Of a stretch of DNA of 63,792 bases, positions 35,301 to 42,600 are shown one piece after another. Each line of letters opens with the position of its first letter. Position 1 is the first letter of the stretch. The stretch comes from Deltaproteobacteria bacterium (GTDB lineage Bacteria > Myxococcota > XYA12-FULL-58-9): NCBI GenBank assembly GCA_041309305.1, contig JBFYZW010000235.1, positions 1-63,792 on the forward strand, in the 5' to 3' direction. Position numbers and translations under genes: made by a program. The notes beneath the pieces were generated by a model. That model saw only the letters and a program-made list of their open reading frames with translations. It searched no databases and had not been told where the DNA came from.

Positions 35301-35937
35301 GGACCCGTTGAGCCTCAACGACGACAACATTGGCCTGCTCGTCGATGCCATCGGCAACCGCGTGCCGGCGGTACGGACCTTTTCGCCCGACGTGACCGGC
35401 GTGACCATCGCGCCGCTCGTCCTGCTCACCACGGCGACCGCCTATCGGGTGACCGTCGCCGCCGGCGGGCCACGCGATCTCGCCGGCAACGCCCTGGGCG
35501 TCGGGGCGCAGACCACCTTTGTGACCACCGCCCCGTCCGGCGACACGACGCGGCCGCAGGTCCTCAGCGTCTGCCCGCCGGACAACGCCACCAATGTCGA
35601 TCGCCTGCTGCGCCTCGGCTGTAACGCCGCCTTTCCCGGCACGGTGATCATCGTCTTCAGCGAGCCGCTCAACGGCAACACCGTGGTGGTCGGCAATATC
35701 CGTCTCCTGGAGGTGAGCAACAATCCGGTGGATCGGACCCAGGCGGTTGCGTTGCAGCCGGACGGCATCACGGTGGTGTTGACACCGGCGTTCCGCGACG
35801 CCAACGGGCTGAAGAACGGCACCACGCATCAGGTGCGGGTGTCGACCGCGGTCACCGATCTGGCCGGCAACCCGCTCTCGGGCGTCGAGGCGTGCAGCGC
35901 CCCGACCGGCGGCCAGTGCACCGACTTCGGCACCTGA
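32371..35937 (+). CDS. Large surface lipoprotein with about 10-12 SbsA/Big_5-type Ig-like repeats
   Basis: 1188 aa from the ATG at 32371, with AGGAG 5 nt upstream. Lipobox LAVGC. A recurring roughly 100-aa unit occurs: D.T.P.V....P..GA..V.......V.FSE.M....V. Confidence 0.8.
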   Translation: MVRRNWLWGAVSVAGLAVGCAPPAVVGVDLPAGNTLLGSGSATFDATTGTVTWTAFDRAGELLDSSDVLPSATAHNCEAAGWNPSSRVLSVNAFIANQSAAAVYLAPVELRITGIAQANIVASVNTDLVNAGCGAHGLTLASADLDHNGTFDCIWPDDASNTADDPGWDFSQTLGSDNALAPGEWSACRFVHFNLLVEANFTFYWQILGVVDDGWPPPPAIDAVASPTQNSAPTISGACVTTLTAPDQLSPPPAQIPTTNEITFLGGAAPVTTICDDTVFPCQTVGGVTYCGRFSASVPLVANTPNRLEVFQTLDGADRSNSSYVTVVHDSLPPQVVSTNPPDAAVGISPAANLVVTFSEAMDGATINSVDAASANIYVRRQGQTARLPATVTLASAAEAVIDPAAELPNSRTYELVITTGVRDLVGLALPAQVVVTFATAKRDDTVAPVVLGVQPPSGAVNVDRRSTVAITFSEAMLASGTTNPASPTCVDSGTVTCTAIRVLALSTGLRVPGTRMMSPDGATVTFQVNDAAYDSTGPDLSGAGCFGGQPPTAALDFDCNRSYRLEIATTLTDLAGNRLEAAHVSTFATGIEPDLVPPYVVAIAPPPGAAGVAVGIQPEVLFSEPVQAGTVNGTSITLKQDGVMLVAASVSLSADGLLARLTPTALLALDTRYVLFVNNTISDVAGNPLAAPQNASFTTVAVPDTTPPVVLSVSPANEAGNVSVATNVQATFSEALAPATVNTATFVLERYKNNGTTIESAVVGVVSLSGDRMVATFAPEQVLAKDRRHRVTVTTGVTDAAGNPMAATFVSTFTTVKDDAIPPCVTAVGPAPGSTTVARNSHFAVTFSEPMSPPSVVPSSFALRNAGGTLLTTIVSLSADGMQASLVPVAPLPLGSVTLQPRTALTDASAQQNALDQRSPVAGCLEPSGPASPTFGFTVVDTLDTTPPTVLSLTPLNGSTNVPVDTTIVVTFSESMDPLSLNDDNIGLLVDAIGNRVPAVRTFSPDVTGVTIAPLVLLTTATAYRVTVAAGGPRDLAGNALGVGAQTTFVTTAPSGDTTRPQVLSVCPPDNATNVDRLLRLGCNAAFPGTVIIVFSEPLNGNTVVVGNIRLLEVSNNPVDRTQAVALQPDGITVVLTPAFRDANGLKNGTTHQVRVSTAVTDLAGNPLSGVEACSAPTGGQCTDFGT

Positions 35938-36138
35938 GCCTGAACCGACGGACACCTCGTCGATGACCTCCTCCGCCTCGGTACGTCACCGCCGCCGCGC
36001 GGCGCGGGCCTGTTGTTGCTGTCAGTGCACGGTCTCGTTTTGTTGGACCTGCCGTTGCGGCTTTGCCATCTGCCAGGTCTGCATGGATGAGAACCGCTTC
36101 GCCGCCGCGCTGAGAGCGTGGTAAAATCGTACGTCGGC

Positions 36139-38565
36139 ATGTTGACCTTCGACATCTTGAAGCCGAACGCACCTGCACACCCGACGGTCGGCCGCCTGCG
36201 TGCCGGGCGTGCGGCGATCTGCTGCCTTGGCGCGGTGCTGGCAGCGGCGTGCAGCCCCGGGAAGGTCACCGACGGGGCCGCCGTCGGCGACGGCCCCGAC
36301 CTGCCGATCGCCGTAGACGACTTCGTCTCGCTGGCCGAGTCGAGTTGGGGCACGTCCGCGACCGGGCGAGACAACCTCCTGCGACGGGTGCCGCCCAACC
36401 ATGCCTTCGACACGCTGCCGTTCGATACCAGCGGCTGGGCCACCGACACCTCGCTGCAGACGATGCCGTGCTCAGCTGATGCGAGCACGCTCGAGGCGAT
36501 CCTCGCGCGCGAGCTCGCGGCGGCACCGGACACGCGGCTCATCTTGCCCGACTGCGACATCAAGATCCTGGTCAGCGACGGCACGTCACGCCTCATCGGT
36601 CGACGGGACCGCATCGAGCTCGTCGGGCAGGCTCACACCCGCTTCGTGATGGAGGAGATCGCACCGCTGTTCGACTGGCAGAGCACCGACTATACGGCCC
36701 GCGCGCCGCGCATCGACGCCTTCCGCGTGTCGACCACGCCTGCCGACACAGCGTTGCCCGCCATCGCCGCCTGCGACTGGATCGGTGGCTACGCGATGGG
36801 CACCCGCAAGCTCCTCCTCGATCCCGCGTGCGCGCTCGCGGCCACCGGCGACAACGCGTGGGGCGTCGGCGACCTGGTCTACATCGAAACCGACGCCTTC
36901 CCGGGCGCCGGCCCAGCCAACCCGATTCATCGGATGGCCTACCGCCTGACCTGTGTCGATGGCGCCGTCTTGGGCCTCGCCGATCGGGTCGGCAGCGAGG
37001 CCGGCTGTGCCGAGCTCGACGGCGATCACCAGGTTCAGATCGATCGCCCGCTGCTGATGGACTACGGCAACGGCGCCTACTACATGGGGGGTGCGAGTGT
37101 CACCACCAAGCCGACCGGACACGTCGTGCGGCAGATGGAGCGGGTCGGCGCCGGTCGCGGCGGCGCCGGCGTCGAGACCCACAACATCGCCGAGTATGTC
37201 GGCTTCCGGAACATCCGCTGGTACCGACCCAACGGCTACCTCTACAACTCCGGCTCGGGTGCGCTGCGGTTCGCCCGCATCGCCGACGCCTGGGTCGTCG
37301 GGAACGATTTCCAGACCTGGGGCAACGCCTGGCTGACCTTCCAGGCCGACGCGTCGCGGGTGCTGATGCAGAACAACCGCTACACAGCGCCGGTCAACCG
37401 CGCGATCTGCGTCGGCGAGCTGGTCTCGCTCGGCAGCAATCCGGCCGGCGATGTCCGGCTGACCTTGTATATGGACACCTCTGTCACCGACTGCGATGTC
37501 CAGGCCGATCAGTTCGATGGTCGCGTCTACCTCGGCCGCGACATCGCCGAGCCGAGCCTGCGTAACAAGATCCGGACCAAGGTGTTCGTATCCGAGACGC
37601 CCAGCACCGTGGTGATCGATCTGCCTGGCGTTCCGGCCGCGGGCCTGGTGACCACAGGCGGCGGGCTGGTTTCAGTGCTGAACAACTGGAACGTAGCCTC
37701 GGCCTACGTCAACGGCCCGGCCAACACCATCCACTTCGTTGGCGAGTATTACGACGGCTCGCGGATGGGGCCACTCCTGCAGAGCGGCGCTGCCGGCGTG
37801 GCCATGGTCTACGCTTGGATGGAGCACGACGCCAACGAGCACTGCTCGCGCGGGCTGTTCTTCCACGGCAACAGCTCTGCACCCGGAGCGCTCGTCGAGG
37901 GCAACCGCCTCGATTGCCCGATCGTGCCCTACGCCTCCAGCAACCGCACCGACGACGGTGAGGGCATCAACGTCACCTACTTCAAGAACCGTTTGGTCCG
38001 AAGCGGTCCCGAGACCTATCCCGACGGCCTCGCCAACTTCGGCGGCGGAGGCTTGACCCGTGGCACCTTCGACGTGGCCGAGCACACCGATCAGGCCGGC
38101 GCCGCCAACGAGAACTTCACCTGGCTGTCGAACGTCTTCTACGAGTTCTATCAGAGCACGAGCGCGATCGACGACGTGGCCAACGACGGCGACGGCGGTG
38201 CCGCGGTCGCGCCCTACCACCTGTACATGCCGACCCTGTTGCGCAACCGCTGCTATGCCGCCGGCTGCAACCTCGACGACAACCTCGATACGCAGCCCCA
38301 GGCCAACCCGACGACCTATGCCCCCGACATCGTCGATGGCGAGCTCGGCGAGAGTCCGACGGTGCCGGCGGCGTGGCACTCCGACGTCGTGCCGACGTCA
38401 CTGTACTATCGGGCCGATCAGCTCGTCCGGGGCGTGCCGGCCTGGTGGTGCCGCGAGGCTGCCCCGTTCGGGCAGATCGGCGCCCACTACGACGACTTCA
38501 CCACCGCCGAGACGATCACGGCCGCACGGCTCATCGGCACCGACCAGCCCTGCACGCCGCCCTGA
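36139..38565 (+). CDS. Large lipoprotein, possible right-handed parallel beta-helix (function unknown)
   Basis: About 808 aa. Lipobox VLAAAC. Asn/Gly-rich turns are present (VGNDFQTWGNAW, MQNNRYTAP, EGNRLDC, YFKNRLVRSG). The fold call is weak and the start is uncertain (36118 or 36139). Confidence 0.6.
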   Translation: MLTFDILKPNAPAHPTVGRLRAGRAAICCLGAVLAAACSPGKVTDGAAVGDGPDLPIAVDDFVSLAESSWGTSATGRDNLLRRVPPNHAFDTLPFDTSGWATDTSLQTMPCSADASTLEAILARELAAAPDTRLILPDCDIKILVSDGTSRLIGRRDRIELVGQAHTRFVMEEIAPLFDWQSTDYTARAPRIDAFRVSTTPADTALPAIAACDWIGGYAMGTRKLLLDPACALAATGDNAWGVGDLVYIETDAFPGAGPANPIHRMAYRLTCVDGAVLGLADRVGSEAGCAELDGDHQVQIDRPLLMDYGNGAYYMGGASVTTKPTGHVVRQMERVGAGRGGAGVETHNIAEYVGFRNIRWYRPNGYLYNSGSGALRFARIADAWVVGNDFQTWGNAWLTFQADASRVLMQNNRYTAPVNRAICVGELVSLGSNPAGDVRLTLYMDTSVTDCDVQADQFDGRVYLGRDIAEPSLRNKIRTKVFVSETPSTVVIDLPGVPAAGLVTTGGGLVSVLNNWNVASAYVNGPANTIHFVGEYYDGSRMGPLLQSGAAGVAMVYAWMEHDANEHCSRGLFFHGNSSAPGALVEGNRLDCPIVPYASSNRTDDGEGINVTYFKNRLVRSGPETYPDGLANFGGGGLTRGTFDVAEHTDQAGAANENFTWLSNVFYEFYQSTSAIDDVANDGDGGAAVAPYHLYMPTLLRNRCYAAGCNLDDNLDTQPQANPTTYAPDIVDGELGESPTVPAAWHSDVVPTSLYYRADQLVRGVPAWWCREAAPFGQIGAHYDDFTTAETITAARLIGTDQPCTPP

Positions 38566-38736
38566 CGCTGGCGTCGAGGTCAGCTCAAGGCGAGCCCTCG
38601 TTCACGGGATAGCCGTAGAGCTCGATGCCGTCCTGTCCAAATACCCGATCGACGGCAACAGGCTGGTGTTCAACGGGAATCGCGACGGTGGAAACCTGCA
38701 GTTTGATCGAGGTCCGGGCCTCGGTATCGCAGCGGG

Positions 38737-38880
38737 ATGGGCTTCGTCATCGACGCTTGGTTGGCGTTGGTGGTCGCAGTGGCCGGCTGGATGAACAAGG
38801 GGCCATTGGAGATCATCGAGTACCTCCGCGCAGAGAACCGGGTGCTGCGTGAGCAGGTGCGGCGCACCGGGTGGTGGTGG
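38737..38880 (+). pseudogene. N-terminal fragment of an rve/DDE-type transposase
   Basis: WMNKGPLEIIEYLRAENRVLREQV resembles the common N-terminal WLNRxQQxxIEYLxEENRVLxEQL helix of integrase-core transposases. It is truncated after about 45 codons, where a 39-nt R1 piece starts. Confidence 0.4.
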
Positions 38881-38883
38881 CAC

Positions 38884-38922
38884 AGCCGGCGAAGGTCAGG
38901 CCTGGGAAGCTCTGTCCATCCG
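38884..38922 (+). repeat. R1 repeat, copy D, internal 39-nt piece
   Basis: agccggcgaaggtcaggcctgggaagctctgtccatccg matches the DGQSF.GLTFAG part of copies B and C. Confidence 0.7.
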
Positions 38923-38925
38923 TCG

Positions 38926-39291
38926 TTACGGCCGATTCAATCCGGCGAAACCAGGCGGGACGCCTTGCGAATTCCGAGGAGTCCAGTCTCGCGGTGCATA
39001 GAGGCCGCCAACCCAGTAGCTGCCACACTTTCTGGCCGCTTCTTCAAAGGTACCGAATTGGTGGACAGTCCGTCCTCCCCGCTTGTGGTGCCCCGGTTGA
39101 GGAATCACGCTCCATTTGGTTGGGTCAAGACCAAGGTCAGAGGTTGTCGTGTTCAACGGAAAACTCGAGACCCTTCTCTCGAGAGCTGCCCAATCGCTGG
39201 TTCGGCGTTCGATACTGCAAACCAGACCTGGTTTGGCTACCGCGTCCTTTTCGAAGAGATATGCGGTACCGGCAATTCTTTCGAGAGGCAT
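38926..39291 (-). CDS. Small hypothetical protein (121 aa) on a low-GC cassette between the two R1-D pieces
   Basis: ATG at 39291 has AAAGGAGG 7 nt upstream. Sampled lines count about 52-62% GC. Sequence: MPLERIAGTAYLFEKDAVAKPGLVCSIERRTSDWAALERR...GTFEEAARKCGSYWVGGLYAPRDW. No recognised domain. Confidence 0.6.
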   Translation of the reverse strand: MPLERIAGTAYLFEKDAVAKPGLVCSIERRTSDWAALERRVSSFPLNTTTSDLGLDPTKWSVIPQPGHHKRGGRTVHQFGTFEEAARKCGSYWVGGLYAPRDWTPRNSQGVPPGFAGLNRP

Positions 39292-39427
39292 GGTGTGCCT
39301 CCTTTCATCCGCTGTAGACCATCAAATTGTCGACCGTCGTCACCTATGGTTGCGTGCCGATGGCGATTGTTCAATGGGCCGCGGTGTCGTGGCGAGGACG
39401 CTCGCTTTCATTCGGTGATACGCCACG

Positions 39428-39474
39428 AGGGCGGGGTTCGTCATCGGGGGAGGGGTTTTGCTCTCCCTGTGCAC
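39428..39474 (+). repeat. R1 repeat, copy D, 3' piece
   Basis: gagggcggggttcgtcatcgggggaggggttttgctctccctgtgcac. Confidence 0.7.
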
Positions 39475-39693
39475 TCGCCCCCCGCAACGTCGGCCGGGTG
39501 GGTCTTCCGGCCTCGACGAACGAATCCGACGCCCTCGGCTGCAGTTTGCATCTTGCCGCAGCCCGTCTATATTCCCCGGCGGCACCGGGTGACACTGGTA
39601 CGCACCCGTGCCGAGCCACACTCGGTAGTACCCTGCCCCGGCAGTGTCTCTGACGTGTAGCGAAAAACGAGTGGCCCCCCACGAGGAGAGACG

Positions 39694-42600
39694 ATGCGTA
39701 ACTGCATCCCTGCCCGCCTGACGTCGTTCTGTCTGCCTTTCCTCTTCTTCCATTGTGGCCCTGCGGATCCGTCGCTGGGGCTGATCGCAACCGCCACCGC
39801 AGAAGCCCTCGGCGTCGAGCACACCGTCTGCCCGGTCGGCTCTCCCCAGGGGCCGTGCGACTTCGCCACGCCCACCGCCTGCGCCATCGGCGCCGGGGTC
39901 ACCAACGGCGATATCTGCCTGGTTCGGGGCGGCACCTACCACGAGCCCATCACCTTCCAGGCAACGCCGTTCATCGGCCGCACCGAGCTCGTCTTCCGCT
40001 GCGCCCCTGGTTTCGCCTGTCTCATCGACGGCCGCGGCCTGCTCGCCAGCGGAGTCGACGGCTATGATCACTGGACCATCGAAGGGTTCGAGATCACCGG
40101 CACCACCGGCGACGCCGTCACCGGTTACCGGGGCGTGCGTGCGGTGCGCGACTGCTACATCCATGACGTGGGCGGCCGCGGCATCGCCAAGCTCACCGGC
40201 ACCAGCACCGCCACTGGCGTCGCCGAGCGCAACCGCATCGAGAGAACCTGGTCGTCGGGCATCCAGTGTCTCGCCCCGCCGTCCGGTCCGGTCGTGATTC
40301 GGAACAACCTGCTCGTCGCCACCGGCCTCAAGGGCGGCAACGCCGTCAACTGCACCTCGGCCAGCGCATCTCTGTCGGTGGTCCACAACACCCTCGACCT
40401 CGCCGACCGCACGCCCCCCTTCGCCGACCCGGCGGCTTACGGCATTCTCAGCGCGAGCGCGCGCGCCAATGTCGTCGTCGGCGGTAACACCTCGATCTCG
40501 GTGAGCGGCGATTATCGCGAGAACCTGGTCTCCGGCTGGGCCGCCGCTGCCTACGCCGGCGCGGGCGGCGACGGCGGGGGCAACACCACTGGTGCTCCCT
40601 CGTTCGTGGACACCGAGGACTACCATCTGCTCGCCAGCTCCCCGGCCGTCGACGCGGCCGTCACCTCGACCGAGACCGAGGACTTCGAGCGCTCGCCGCG
40701 CACGGGTACTCCCGACAAGGGCGCCTTCGAGTACGCCCCGGGCTACGACCCGGAGACGCCGGACTGGCCGATCCGCGAGACCGTCGACGAGCTTTCGCTC
40801 TATGCCTCGCCCGCGCTCACCCTGCTCCCGGGCGTGGGCGGCGGGCCGGCGGTCGCCTACCTCGACTCGAGCGCGAGTCGGCTCGTGTTCGCCCGGCGTC
40901 TGACGAACGGCACCTGGCGCGACGAGGCGGTGGCTGCGCCCGTAGGCACCGTGAGCTTCGCCGCCAACGGTCCCAACATGCGACACGTGGCGCTCGCCAT
41001 AGAGCCCACCACCGGCCTGCCCGCGGTCGCCTGGGTCGACCAGGCGGCCGGTCTCTTGCGGCTCCACTACGCCCGCCGCGTGGGCGAAGGCTGCGGCACG
41101 GGTTGCGCCTCGCCGCAGTGGAGCGGCTGCAACGCCACCCCGTTGAAGACCTTTGCCAACACCGATCGCGTCTCTTTCGACCTGGCCATGAGCCCGCTCA
41201 CCGGCCGGCCCGGCATCGTCCTCTGGCGCCAACGCACCAACGGCTGCGGCACCAACGTCCCTGCTTACCACGTGCTCTACCTGTCGCAGCAGCCGAACGG
41301 CACCTGGACCGAGACCGAGCTCGCCGCGACCTCTCCGGCCTGCACCAACATGATCCCGCCGGCCGTGGCGCTCTCCTTCTCGCCAGAAAACGACGCGGCG
41401 GAGCTCGCCTTCACCCGCACCACCGGCAACGCCAACAACTTCGATCCCCATTACTCCCTCGGCGAGCTCGTCTTCGCCACCAACGCGTCGGGGAGCTTCG
41501 TCACCACGGTGCTCGCGCTCGGCGACGGCAAGACCACCTACGGCGGCACCCGGGCTTACCTGGATCTCGCCCACCGCGCCAACGGCGACCTCGGCATCGC
41601 CTTCCACGGCAAGTTCGGCCCCGGGACCGGCAAGATCGGCGTCGGCTTCATCGAGCGTCTCGGCGGAGTCTGGGCGGCGGACGCCTCCGTGCCGGCCTGG
41701 TCGCTCGCCGGCGCCACCATCCTCACCGTGCACGGCGTCGCGCTCGCCTACGACGCGGCCAACCTGCCGACCCTCGGCTTCGCCTCCGAGTACACCCTGC
41801 GCCTGGCGCGCTTCGACGGCGACCGCTGGGACGTGCGCTACGTCGACGCGCAGCGCGCCAACGGTTTCTGGCCGACCCTGGCCCTCCTGCCCGGCGGCGG
41901 CGTCGTCCTCGCGCACCAGCAGGAGGCGCCGCATCACGACGTCAAGGTCCAGGCGACCCAGGATCCCGGCGGCGCAGATCCGGCCTCGGTCGAGCCCTCG
42001 AGCTGCGATCTCTGCCCCACCGATCCGGCCAAGACCGCACCGGGTGTCTGTGGCTGCGGCACCCCCGACACCGACAGCGACAACGACGGCACCCCCAACT
42101 GCAACGATGGCTGCCCCGGCGACCCCGCCAAAGTCGCGGCAGGGACCTGCGGCTGTGGCATCTCGGATGCGGACAGCGACGGCGACGCGGTCAAAGACTG
42201 CAACGAGGACTGCGACCTCGACCCCGCCAAGACCGATCCGGGTCTCTGCGGCTGCGGCGTCGCCGACACGGACAGCGACAGCGACGGCGCGCCCGACTGC
42301 AACGACGACTGCCCGCTCGACCCGCTCAAGGTCGCGCCCGGCTTGTGCGGCTGTGGCGTGCCCGAGGGGTCGAGCTGCGGCTGCACCGCCGGCTCACCCG
42401 ACGGTGACAGCGACGGCACGCCGGACTGCGCCGACGACTGCCCGGCGCACGCCATCAAGATCCTCCCCGGTATCTGTGGCTGCGCCGTGGCCGACACCGA
42501 CACGGACAACGACAGCACCCCGGACTGCAACGATCTCTGCCCGACCAACAACCCCAAGACCTCGCCCGGCGTCTGCGGCTGCGCCGAGCTCGACTGGGAT

